Positions 30,389-40,296 of a stretch of DNA of 64,000 nt are shown piece by piece. The notes under the pieces are model-generated. The model searched no databases. It had not been told where the DNA came from and saw only the letters and a list, made by a program, of their open reading frames with translations. The translations under genes and the position numbers were made by a program. Source of the DNA: an uncultured Acidobacteriota bacterium (GTDB lineage: Bacteria > Acidobacteriota > UBA6911); the NCBI GenBank assembly GCA_963809485.1, contig CAWEJX010000004.1, forward strand, positions 32,001 to 96,000. The letters run 5' to 3'. Position 1 is the first letter of the stretch. Every line of letters starts with the position of its first letter.

Positions 30389-31557
30389 GGTCACTCTCTC
30401 CTTCAGGTCTTAAAACCTGCAATTTATATGAATCCAGCGGAATCCCGGATCTGAAGCCTGCCAGAAAAAATTTTCAGGCACAGATCTGCCGCGATTTGTG
30501 TCCCGGGAAGCACGTACCGTCATCCCGGATCTCAAGTTTATAGCAAAAGCCTCTCTACTGCTCACTCCATTGTTAGCTCAGATAAATATCACCGCACCGG
30601 CTTGAAATGCTTCTGCAGCCAGCCTGACACTAGAACGTGCCTCGAATGCGCCTCCCGGCTTCACCTGAGCCCCTTGTCCCTCTACGCCGCATTCCTCTTA
30701 TTTTGCTTAGTTTATAGCAGGTTACTCATTCTTTTTACAATCACATTAAACAAACTGCTGCAATCGGGCGCAACGGGAAGGGAGTCCTGGAACGTATGTT
30801 TGAGTCGATTTGCGGCAACTGATGCTCTCAGGTCAAAAGACAGGCATACCATGGACGGCTGCAATTTTCACGGATCAAGGCAACAAATGCGCGCAAGGCC
30901 TCCAACTGTAAGTGCCAATCCGATAGTGATGAGGGCCGACGGTTTTCGCCTGCAAACCAGGCCGGCTTGCACTCCCGGCAGCTTTTCCTGTTGAAGCGGC
31001 CCGGGCGGACATGCCCAGATCCGGGTCTTCCCAGAAAATCCCGTGAATAATTCGGAAAAGGTTTTTGGGGAAGTCAAAGTGTCGAATGTTCTTACACCTA
31101 AGTTTACAACTGCAATGTATAGAAATAGTAACTGCTTAATCAGATGGTGAAATCGAATTCAAACAATTCCCTGCATAAAATGGAAAAATCTTTTACATTT
31201 TTGAAATCGCATTGCGTCTGTTCGCCTGCCAACTTCAGCGATACAATAAAAAAAAGGGGGATTAATTCACATATAGAAGGAGATACGGCCAGTGACTTCG
31301 GGGGCCTGTCGCGGCTGGTATTATATTTGCTTATCTTTGGGGAAATTTTTACGGATGCAGCGGATTTTTCTCCCAAGTGGGGCAGCCGGGAAGTTGATCG
31401 AGGCTGAGGGGATGTACCCTCACCCGTCCCCGGCCCGTCAATCCCGACTCCCCCACATACTTTATATCGGCTGCACGCCTATTCGCAGTAGCATCCTGGT
31501 TTCTGCAAATATGCTGCCGGAAGGTTCTCCGATTTCCCAAATTGCCGGGCCCATCCT

Positions 31558-32277
31558 TTACACCAGGTTCTTTTCGGCGAAATCCCAGTTCAGCAGTTTC
31601 TCGATGAAGGCTTTGACATAATCGGCGCGCCGGTTCATATAATCGAGATAATAGGCATGCTCCCAGACGTCGATGGTTATCAGGGGCTTCGCCGAGGTGG
31701 TGATGGGTGTTTCTGCATTGGATGTTTTGACTACCTGCAGCCTGCCTCCATCCTGGACCAGCCAGGCCCAGCCGCTTCCGAATTGAGAGGCCGCTGCTCC
31801 GGAAAACGCTTCGACAAATTTTTGATAGCTGCCGAAGCTCTCGCTGATTTTTCCCGCAATTTTGCCATTCGGCTCTCCCCCTCCGCCCGGCTTCATGCTG
31901 TGCCAGTAAAAGGTATGGTTGAATACCTGGGCGGCATTATTAAATAGGGATACCTGGTCGGCTCTTCCTGCGGTCTTTTTGACTATTTCCTCTAGAGTGG
32001 CCTTTTCCAGTTCAGTCCCTGTCACCATTTTGACGGTGTTGTTTACATAGGCCTGGTGATGCTTCCCATAGTGAAATGACATTGTGTTCCCGGAGATGGC
32101 CGGCGCAAGGGCGTCTTGAGCATAGGGAAGCGGAGGCAAATCGATTGTTGAAGCGGACTGGCTTTGTGCGGGCACCGGATCGGCCATGCCCAGGGTCAGC
32201 GCAAGCGCAGCACCTGCAGATCCCGCTTTGGCCAGAAACTCTCTGCGATCGAGCGTTCCAAAACCGTTATACGCCAT
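31558..32277 (-). CDS. Fe superoxide dismutase with Tat signal peptide
   Basis: LPPLPY, HYGKHHQAYV, FNNAAQVFNH (Fe-type), FGSGWAWL, DVWEHAYY. N-terminal DRREFL plus hydrophobic stretch. Confidence 0.93.
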   Translation of the reverse strand: MAYNGFGTLDRREFLAKAGSAGAALALTLGMADPVPAQSQSASTIDLPPLPYAQDALAPAISGNTMSFHYGKHHQAYVNNTVKMVTGTELEKATLEEIVKKTAGRADQVSLFNNAAQVFNHTFYWHSMKPGGGGEPNGKIAGKISESFGSYQKFVEAFSGAAASQFGSGWAWLVQDGGRLQVVKTSNAETPITTSAKPLITIDVWEHAYYLDYMNRRADYVKAFIEKLLNWDFAEKNLV

Positions 32278-32731
32278 AGGAATTCTCCTCTCTGCCTGGA
32301 AGCGTATCATCAAACAAACCCGTAATGCTTAAGAATACCTTATCAGGGTTTTGGATGGGAATCATGCGCAATTATCCTGCATCCAAATGGATTATGGGCA
32401 CTGGCGCGGAATCCGGGCACGCCCTGCCGGCCTGAAATCATAGGGAATCATGGAACAAATACGTTTCCCGGAGCCACTAAAAGGCTGGCAAATTGAAGGT
32501 TTTTTTGATATTTAATTAGGCAGGCCAGAATAGCTCGTCAGGACTGTCTTACCCAGCCGGGCCTGGATCGGCTTACTCTATAATCAGGTCTTGATTTTCC
32601 GTTCGAACGGAGGGACGGAAGAAGCTTTTGTTCATTTCCGCATAGGGAATATTGCGGCGGTTCGGACCCACGCATCAACGTGTCTTAAAACACAAAAGGA
32701 CCGGATGCAGGCTCCTGCTTAAACAAGGAGA

Positions 32732-33076
32732 GTGGATATGAAGATTATGACGCGTACCATCGGGGACGTTCGGATTCTTGACTGCAGCGGCAAGATCACG
32801 CTGGGAGAGGGGACCATGGTTGTTCGCAACAAGGTTCGCGATCTCGTCCAAAGCGGCGTGAAAAAAATTGTGCTGAATCTTGCCGACGTAAGCTACATCG
32901 ACAGCTCGGGAATCGGTGAACTCGTAAGCACCTACACCACGGTTACAACCGGCGGAGGCCAGCTGAAGCTTCTGAATCTTACAAAGAAATTCAACGAACT
33001 TCTCGCCGTCACCAAACTACTGACGGTTTTCCAGGTATTTGATAACGAGCAGGCGGTGCTGGCAAGCTTCAGCTAG
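32732..33076 (+). CDS. STAS anti-sigma factor antagonist
   Basis: GKITLGEG, VSYIDSSGIGELV, LLTVF. Confidence 0.92.
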   Translation: MDMKIMTRTIGDVRILDCSGKITLGEGTMVVRNKVRDLVQSGVKKIVLNLADVSYIDSSGIGELVSTYTTVTTGGGQLKLLNLTKKFNELLAVTKLLTVFQVFDNEQAVLASFS

Positions 33077-33153
33077 TTCCGGCCCGTGCGATAGTCACCG
33101 GCCGCTCAAGAAAATCGAATTTGTGATAACTTCGAGGAAGAAAGTGACCGGGC

Positions 33154-33621
33154 ATGACACAAGCTTTTATGCAGGAAGCCATCCGCCTGTCGATCGAGAA
33201 GATGCGCGAAGGCTGCGGCGGACCGTTCGGCGCCGTGGTTGTGAAGGAAGGCCGGATCATCGGCCGCGGCTGGAACCAGGTTACTTCGACCAACGATCCA
33301 ACCGCTCATGCGGAAATCGTCGCAATCCGTGATGCCTGCAAAGGGACCGGTATTTTTTGTCTGCGGGATTGCGAAATATACTCGAGTTGCGAACCCTGCC
33401 CCATGTGCCTGGGTGCAATCTATTGGGCTCGCCTGGATCGCCTCTACTTCGCCGCGACGCGTGAAGATGCGGCGGCCGCCGGATTCGACGACGAGGCGAT
33501 ATACCGCGAAATACCGCTGCCCCCGAACGCGCGCAAGCTGCCTTCCATCCAGATGCTGCGCGACCGTGCCCTGCCCGCATTTGAAGAGTGGCGCGCCATG
33601 CCGGGCAAAATGCGCTATTGA
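33154..33621 (+). CDS. Nucleoside/guanine deaminase (GuaD-like)
   Basis: GGPFGAVVV, DPTAHAE, SCEPCPMCLGAIYWA, AGFDD. Confidence 0.9.
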   Translation: MTQAFMQEAIRLSIEKMREGCGGPFGAVVVKEGRIIGRGWNQVTSTNDPTAHAEIVAIRDACKGTGIFCLRDCEIYSSCEPCPMCLGAIYWARLDRLYFAATREDAAAAGFDDEAIYREIPLPPNARKLPSIQMLRDRALPAFEEWRAMPGKMRY

Positions 33622-33666
33622 TACCCAAACCGTGTTTCGAAAAACTACCCCACCAAGAGATGCAGA

Positions 33667-34566
33667 CTAAGGATGGAAACCCGGAAAATCTGCGGTTGCG
33701 TCGACAATGGACAATCCGTCACACAGTTCATCCATTGCCCGGACGCCCCAGTGAAGGTGCGGCCCCGTAACTCTGCCGGTTTCACCCGAAAGGCCGACGA
33801 CTTCTCCCTTTTCGATGATATTCGATTTTGCCGCGTAGATTTCGGAAAGATGGGCATAGATCGTGTAGATCCCTATCCCATGATCGACAATCACGACGTT
33901 TCCGGCGTAGAAAAGGTTGCCGGTGAAAACGACCTTCCCCCTGTTGGAGCTTTGGACCGGAGTTCCCGTACCGGCGGCAAAATCTATTCCAAGGTGCTGC
34001 CCTTTTTGCTTTTTGTTGAACACCCTCCGTATCCCATATACGCTGGTCACCTTTGTCGACAAGGGACGGACGAACGGCTCGTTGAAATACGGAGTGCCCG
34101 AGCTTCCCTCTTTGTAGACGGCCGCAATAACCTTTCGTTCTCTCTCCACCCTTAAGGCGTCTTTGCCGGAAAGGGTCACCTTGGCAGGATCCACCCTCAA
34201 CTGTTCTCTGGGAAAAGCCTTTTTACCCACGGTGACTTCGGCGACAACAAGCTCGCCTTTTGATGTTTGAAGCGTACAAGTGTAGGGAGCGAATTTGGAT
34301 GAATAGGGTTCCGATATGAACGCATTCAAAAATCCGTCCGAACCGACATGGAAGCCGGTTCTTTTGTCTCTGCAGCGAAGCCCGGAAGCGGTGATGCCGG
34401 CTGGAAGCTTGTACCGGATAGCCGCAATCTGCCCGGGTGTCAGCGCAATTCTGGCAGGGTCATCCCTGGCTGCAGCCTGTCCGTCAAAGCCTGGGCCGGC
34501 GCAGGCTATCGTTGTGAACAGGATCAACATTCTACAGGAAGCTGGTATTCCCGATTTTCCCGGCAT
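33667..34566 (-). CDS. M23 family metallopeptidase
   Basis: HLGIDF, YAHLS, TGRVTGPHLHW. Start codon uncertain. Confidence 0.88.
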   Translation of the reverse strand: MPGKSGIPASCRMLILFTTIACAGPGFDGQAAARDDPARIALTPGQIAAIRYKLPAGITASGLRCRDKRTGFHVGSDGFLNAFISEPYSSKFAPYTCTLQTSKGELVVAEVTVGKKAFPREQLRVDPAKVTLSGKDALRVERERKVIAAVYKEGSSGTPYFNEPFVRPLSTKVTSVYGIRRVFNKKQKGQHLGIDFAAGTGTPVQSSNRGKVVFTGNLFYAGNVVIVDHGIGIYTIYAHLSEIYAAKSNIIEKGEVVGLSGETGRVTGPHLHWGVRAMDELCDGLSIVDATADFPGFHP

Positions 34567-34663
34567 CAGGTAATTCCTCAAGACTTCGAGGTTAACCTTT
34601 GAGCCTCCAAAACTCAAGGCCGCGTATCGCCTGGCAAGAGCATCGCCCGCGCAGCAATATCCT

Positions 34664-34849
34664 TTCCTGATCGCCGGCAAGAGTCTCGACCAGGCCGTGA
34701 GTCAGGTACCTCCGGCAAAGCCGGAGGCTTGCCAATGTAATTATGGCGCAGCTTACGGGGCCCTTGCCATGACCACTCCGGGCAACACAACCATGGCAAC
34801 AAAGGCCGAAGTCGAAAAAGCCATGCGCGGTGGAGGGGCACGGGTGTAA
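34664..34849 (+). pseudogene. 3' remnant of a PfkB-family sugar kinase (KdgK-like) interrupted by a 39-nt element
   Basis: Translates FLIAGKSLDQAV-[insert]-NYGAAYGALAMTTPGNTTMATKAEVEKAMRGGGARV*, resembling the KDG-kinase C-terminus. No 5' part present. Confidence 0.7.
34701..34739 (-). mobile_element. Minimal 39-nt IS200/IS605-like element
   Basis: GTCAGGTACCTCCGGCAAAGCCGGAGGCTTGCCAATGTA. Both termini resemble those of 21374-21612. Removing it restores GTG AAT TAT. Confidence 0.7.
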
Positions 34850-35093
34850 TGGTAAAGCGCGGCATAAGGCGGCAGCTTCGGGAATGAAGGAGGCTGAAAT
34901 ACAAAATCCGTGTAATCCTCGGGATTTTTCTTTATGCTTAAGCCCCATAAACGATTGATTAATCGCCATGAAAATTGATGGCTCGTATACGTGCAATCCC
35001 GGAGTCCATGAATCCGGCACCTATGTACGGACACGGACTGAGCACTCCCGAGCTGCACGGCTTTGGCAATTCAACAGCAAGGAGGATAGATCG

Positions 35094-36821
35094 ATGAAAT
35101 GGCATCTGTGTGCCGCTTTAATCGCGGCTCTATGTCTGAGCCTTTTTTGCAGCCTGCCGGCTCAAAACAATCAGGCTCAGGCACAAGGCAAGATGGTTGG
35201 GCAGAAAATTACCGTGCTCAGCCCAATGGGCAAACCGCCTGCGATTGAGCTGAAACCGATGGCGCCGCGGCTCAGGCTCGCTGGAAGGCAAAACGGTGTA
35301 TCTCGTCAACGACGGCTACCTGGGAACGGACCTTCTCCTTGGGGAGATGGAAGCCTGGTTCAAGGCCAATATGCCGAAAGTCAACATCGTTTACCGATCT
35401 GAAGGGCGGCGGAGGTTTTACTGCCGAAGATCCCAAATTGTGGGCAGAAATCAAGGAAAAGGCCGACGCGGTCGTCATGGGGATGGGGCATTGAAGTCTC
35501 TGTGTGTCGGCGGTCGTCGCACACTGCATCAATATTGAATCAAAACTTGGCGTACCCACGGTTCCCCTGATCACTTCGCGAATTTTACACCCAGGTTAAA
35601 ACCCATCACACCATCCAAAAAGGCATGCCCAATCTCCGGGTCACCTATCTCATATCGCCGGTTTGGGGCAAAACCGCCGAGCGCCTGCGCAAGGAAATCG
35701 TGATGAAGAGCCCGGTAAGCGGAAAGATGATCATGCAGGAGATCGTCGAGGGACTTACGCAGGCCCTTGAGCGCCGAAGAGAAGAAAACGGGCACCATCG
35801 AGCAGTCCGCGGGCCCGCGAGGCTTTCACCGATACCCCGGATAAACTTCAGCAGATGTTTATGGAAAAGAGGATGACCGACTACATGCCGATCATCCTGC
35901 CGACGGAAGAGAAAGGTCGCCGAAATGCTGAAAGGGACCAGCCACCGTCCCGACGAAGTGGTCGGCAAGATGGCGGCGCACACGGCAATGGGCGGCGCCG
36001 ACAATGTCGAGGTTTTTGAGCACTGGTCCTACACGGTGAAGACGGTGGCCATCAACGCGGTCATGGCCGGGTGCAAGACCCGAATACATGCCCGCTGCTG
36101 CTTGCCGTGGCATCCACAGGCAAAGAGGCCATTTCGGTGTCGGACAACTCCTTTACCGAAGGTCTGATCATCAACGGGCCCATCCGCGATGAAATAAAAC
36201 TCAATTACGGCTTGGGCGCTATGGGGCCGTTCAGCCAGGCGAATTCCACGATCGGCAGAGCATGGAACCTGCTGTCCATCAATGCCGGGAATTGCGGGAG
36301 AGTCGGCACAACCTACATGGGAACTGTCGGAAATCCCATGAACTGGAACAACGTCATTATTGCGGAGAACGAGAAAGATTCTCCCTGGCAACCCTACCAC
36401 GTTCGAAAAGGCTTTAAACCGTCCGACAGCGTCGTGACCTTGTGCGAAGGATGGGGAGTCCTGTCGGCCAAAAATTCAAAATACAGCGTATGGCAGAAGG
36501 AGATGGACTTCCCGGGCATCGTCAAGAAGATCGTCAACGACCAGGACGGACTTTTCGGAGCTCTGGTGGTCCTCAATCCTACGGTTGCGAATTACATCAA
36601 GGAAGCGGGCTACGATACGGTGGAGAAGTTTACGCAATATCTGTTGGCACCCGCAGAAGGGCAGGCAACCCCAGAAGCCGGCTCGCCAAACCGGCGCAAA
36701 GGGCCGGGCTTCGGGGCGTCTGCAGGTAAACATCGTTGTGACGGGAGGATCGAACAACAATTACTGGAGCTATGGCGGAATGGCGTGCCGTCAGAGCGTC
36801 CCGATCGATAAGTGGCGTTGA
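35094..36821 (+). CDS. UGSC-family selenoprotein (Sec TGA 35492-35494, motif H-U-S-L-C), signal peptide, several apparent frameshifts
   Basis: ADAVVMGMGH-TGA-SLCVSAVVAHCINIESKLGVPTV is collinear with the paralog at 50144-51769. Downstream MLKGTS, AINAVMAG, IINGPI, ANSTIGRA, AENE, PWQPYHV. Confidence 0.75.
35502..35524 (+). promoter_or_regulatory. Bacterial SECIS-like hairpin
   Basis: GTGTG-T-CGGC[GGTC]GTCG-CACAC. G-initiated apical loop begins 18 nt after the TGA. Confidence 0.65.
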
Positions 36822-36833
36822 TCCTCATCCGGA

Positions 36834-37075
36834 GTCAAATACCTCCGGCAGAGGCGGAGGCTTGATTGTTTATCGCTTAAAGCGGCTGGATAAGCTGCAC
36901 TGCCTCTAACCGCCGACATACGCGGATAAAACGCCGGCCCTTGCTTTATAGATCGGCGTTCGTCGGCGTTTTATCCGCGTATGTCGGCGTTCAAGGATCC
37001 TGGAACTGTCGAACTCTTCGGCAAGGCAGCCACGAACCCGCGAGGCGTTCCTGTTCGCGCGATTCGTGGCTGCTT
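36834..37075. repeat. Stacked repeats: IS200-like end, AACCGCCGA/TCGGCGTT palindrome, GCAGCCACGAA/TTCGTGGCTGC palindrome
   Basis: Inverted repeats at about 36842-36862, 36909-36992 and 37026-37073, between convergent genes. Confidence 0.7.
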
Positions 37076-37096
37076 TTCTTTTTGCGGGATTTTGTC

Positions 37097-37501
37097 CTAC
37101 AGCAAGGGCAGGCTCTTCGGCGGTCCGGCAAATGAGTACACTTTCGCATCCGCCTCGGTGAAGTAAAACGTCACAAAGGTTTCATCGTCGGCGCCCTTGG
37201 GATAGATCTGGAGAAGCATGGCCGCCTCTGAAAAAGCCTGAACCTTGGCCTCGCGGCTGTCGTCCACAGCAACCTTGCCCCGGATGCGGAGCCAGGATTG
37301 ATCCGCGCCCATTGCTGAAATTTCGATATCCGGATTTTTCACCAGTTGCTGGAAAACATCCTTCGTTTTGTTCGTGCACATGTAAAGCGCGTTGTTCCTT
37401 TTCATGACAAATCCGAAAGGACGGACTCTGGCTTTGTTGCCATCGACGGTGGCAAGGTGAAAGACTTGATTGGCTTTTAGATATTCCAACGCAGTATTCA
37501 T
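37097..37501 (-). CDS. Pyridoxamine 5'-phosphate oxidase-like (NimC-like) FMN-binding protein
   Basis: FHLATVDGNKARVRPFG, TNKTKDVFQQL, WLRIRGK. Confidence 0.88.
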   Translation of the reverse strand: MNTALEYLKANQVFHLATVDGNKARVRPFGFVMKRNNALYMCTNKTKDVFQQLVKNPDIEISAMGADQSWLRIRGKVAVDDSREAKVQAFSEAAMLLQIYPKGADDETFVTFYFTEADAKVYSFAGPPKSLPLL

Positions 37502-37781
37502 GGAAACCTCCTGGTATGCAATGTATCAAAATGCCCTGAACGGCGGCCCGGCAACAGTATACGGAAATAATCCAAACCGCCTGCAGACAGAATCGCCCGG
37601 CGTCAATGGTTCGCTGAAGTCCAGGTCTGCCGGCAGAACCGGCGGTCATCCGGCTTTATTCTGCTGTTTCAGAAGCATACTTTTGCAGCGTCCCGAAGAT
37701 CAATCCAAATATGCATATTGCCCGATCTGCTGCGTTTCGGTGTCAAGACCAGCCACGGATCCCCAGTAAGTACCGCTCTCC

Positions 37782-38140
37782 AGAGACTGCCTCAAAACTG
37801 CCGGCGAGGATCTCATGACAGTCGTTTTGAGACCGACTTTGGACTCCCATCCATAAATTTTAACGCTGATGAACGCCGATAAACGCTGACTCACGCTGAA
37901 AAATCATAAATAAATATTGTTTTCTCAGCAGTTAATGGTAATTGTGCGAGGACGGTCTCTCGAGAGCAGCCCGCACTGGGGATTCGTAGCATTTTTGTGC
38001 CGCCGCAGGAATCTCCATCGGAAGCGCCTCATCGGCTTTTGCTTGCCGACCCTCGCCGAACAAGTCGGCGTTTGTCAGCGCTTTTGTCAGCGTATCTCAG
38101 CGTTTTAAAACACGGAATAATCGATGGAGCTGTCGGCGGA
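37782..38140. repeat. Mosaic repeat (inverted-repeat module + AACGCTGA...TCAGCGTT module)
   Basis: 37782-37898 resembles the reverse complement of 7612-7727. 38020-38108 matches the cargo of 21490-21556 and 45613-45676. Confidence 0.75.
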
Positions 38141-38166
38141 TAGTAATGCAGCAGAGAAACGAGGGT

Positions 38167-38871
38167 TCAAGGAAGCAGGCTTTGCATCTGAATCACGGCA
38201 CGGCCCGTGCGCTTGAAGCGGTGGACCTGTCCGCCGGCCGCGCCCGGATCTCCGTCAGAATACGCGACCAGCGCTGCTCCTGAAGGGATTCCATAAGCTT
38301 CAGAGCCTGCGGGCAGCAACCGGGCCAAGGTTCGAAGCTCCTCCCAGTTGTCCTCTTCATCGTGGGTGTCGCAATAGACCTGCGCAATCCCGAGGCAGGG
38401 AAAGAGTTCCGGACCTGAACCCTCGACGGAATCACTCCACCGCACCCATTTTTGCGCCAGTATGATACTGCCTGCCGACACGCCGAAAAAAAGCTTGCCC
38501 TCCCGGTACTGATCCCGCAAAAAGCCGTCCATGCCGGTGCTCTCCAGGATCCTCATGCCCTGTTCCACATCGCCGCCGCTTATAAAAACGATCCGGCTGT
38601 CCTCGATGATGCGCGCGGCCTTTGCCGGATCAGCCCGTGCCCCGCAAAGAGGAGCAAGCCGGACAGCGCCCGCGCCGGCTTTTGCCAGCTGGCGGGAGAT
38701 CATGATGCGAAAGAGCGCATTATCCCCGGAGGCCGTACCCACATAGGCAACCGTGGGGGACCTGATTCCGGCCAACAGCAAAGCTTCACGGATCAGGGGA
38801 TCCGGACCGCGCCGCTGCCTGGACCGGCGGCCGCCGGCAATCAGATAGACCGGTTTACACTCAAGAGGCAT
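38167..38871 (-). CDS. Peptidase S51 (dipeptidase E / cyanophycinase-like, class I GATase fold)
   Basis: YVGTASGD, FISGGD, GVSAGS nucleophile motif, CDTHDE. Confidence 0.82.
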   Translation of the reverse strand: MPLECKPVYLIAGGRRSRQRRGPDPLIREALLLAGIRSPTVAYVGTASGDNALFRIMISRQLAKAGAGAVRLAPLCGARADPAKAARIIEDSRIVFISGGDVEQGMRILESTGMDGFLRDQYREGKLFFGVSAGSIILAQKWVRWSDSVEGSGPELFPCLGIAQVYCDTHDEEDNWEELRTLARLLPAGSEAYGIPSGAALVAYSDGDPGAAGGQVHRFKRTGRAVIQMQSLLP

Positions 38872-40180
38872 TCGGACCTCTGTTCACTTCCGCGGAAGGA
38901 GTGGGATCAAGGGAGAAATGCCGCCTGGCCAGAAGAAATTTGCCTGAAGCTTCCGGGAACAGCTCGCCCACCGCTTCCGCCCTGATATCGATAGCGTCCC
39001 CGAGAAGCAGGTGCAGCGCCTCGCGGGCATCCGCGAGCACGGAAGGCCCGGGCCGCTTGCCCGAAAGGACCAGGCGCATTCGGGCACAGCCGGGTGTTTC
39101 CTGATCCAGGCGATAATCGTCGATTCCCTCCACCGGCGCCAGCGCCTGATCCAATTGCCCGTGGGTCACCCGCCTGCCGCCGGAAGCGAGGAAGATGCTG
39201 ATGAGCCTTCCTTCTATCCCCGATAGAGTCAAACCGAATGTTCGGCCGCACGGGCAAGGATCCGGGGCGATACGGGCTACGTCGCCGATTTCGAAGCGGA
39301 GCAGGGGGAACCATCGGTTGCCGAAGGTCGTTACAAGAATGCGGCCAACAGACGGATCCTCGATGCCCTCCAGCGGGGCAATATCCACCCGGCAGCAATC
39401 GCTGTTCTGATGCAAGCGCCCATGTTCGCATTCCATGAATACATAACCCGCCTCGGTGGAACCGTAGGAACTTGCGATTGGAGACGAGAAGGCTTCACGG
39501 ATGGCGCGGAGATGGAAGGCGGAAGGGAACTCATACGTTAGCGTGATCAGCGCGGGCTGGAATACCGGCCCCCCATTTCGCGAAGCCCAGCGTGCGAATC
39601 GCGCGAGCAACGACGGATTTGCTTCGATCGCGACAGGCGCATATTCCTCCAGCTCGGCGGACATCCTGAGCTCGTGCCCTTCCGGCCACTGTGCAGTACT
39701 GCCGTACTCGTTGAGGAAAAGCAGTCTGCCCAGCACCCTTGCCTTGCGCGGGATCTGCGCCCCTTCGCTTCGGGGCCCCACGGACAGAGCGCTCGCGAGG
39801 ATGGCTTCCCGATGAGAACGGGAAAGCACGCGCGCAGCCTGGGCATTCAGAGACCACGATGCCTGTTCGGAATCGTCCCACCAGTTCTGGTTCCAGATGT
39901 TGTTCAACGCCTCGTCGGCGGTACCGCTGGTATGCACAAAAGTCACATCGCCCCGCGCGAGCGCCGCGTCCAGATCCATGCCCTGCGGGACGATACCATA
40001 GGGAAAGTTTCTGCGAATATCGGCTTTGGTAAGTGCGGGAAGCGCCGAGAAGCGCCCGTCCAGCGGAGCCCCTTCTCCGGGATCCAGCGTCCGCCAGGAT
40101 TCGTACATCCGCGTGCGCTCCAGCGCGATATGGAGAGCTTCAAGACAGCGGTTATTGTAAATTGCCAGAGTATCCTGCAT
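38861..40180 (-). CDS. Phenylacetate-CoA ligase / F390 synthetase-like AMP-forming protein
   Basis: HTSGT, YGSTEAG, FPLLRFEIGD, CPCGR, IEGR, SGKF. Confidence 0.82.
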   Translation of the reverse strand: MQDTLAIYNNRCLEALHIALERTRMYESWRTLDPGEGAPLDGRFSALPALTKADIRRNFPYGIVPQGMDLDAALARGDVTFVHTSGTADEALNNIWNQNWWDDSEQASWSLNAQAARVLSRSHREAILASALSVGPRSEGAQIPRKARVLGRLLFLNEYGSTAQWPEGHELRMSAELEEYAPVAIEANPSLLARFARWASRNGGPVFQPALITLTYEFPSAFHLRAIREAFSSPIASSYGSTEAGYVFMECEHGRLHQNSDCCRVDIAPLEGIEDPSVGRILVTTFGNRWFPLLRFEIGDVARIAPDPCPCGRTFGLTLSGIEGRLISIFLASGGRRVTHGQLDQALAPVEGIDDYRLDQETPGCARMRLVLSGKRPGPSVLADAREALHLLLGDAIDIRAEAVGELFPEASGKFLLARRHFSLDPTPSAEVNRGPNAS

Positions 40181-40296
40181 TGCGCTCCCGATACACCTCA
40201 GTCCGTTCACATGTAATTGTTTGTATTAGGACGACTCTCCGGGGCAGTCCGCCTAAACTGGGCGGCTCTTGAGGGCCATTCCCGCGTGAAAGGATA

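Noticed and set aside
32520-32730. Possible riboswitch upstream of the STAS / guanine deaminase genes
   Set aside because: Small hairpins are present but I could not match purine or c-di-GMP aptamer consensus.
37855-37900. AACGCTGA tandem units as a CRISPR array
   Set aside because: Units are about 10 nt with no unique spacers, and no cas genes are present.
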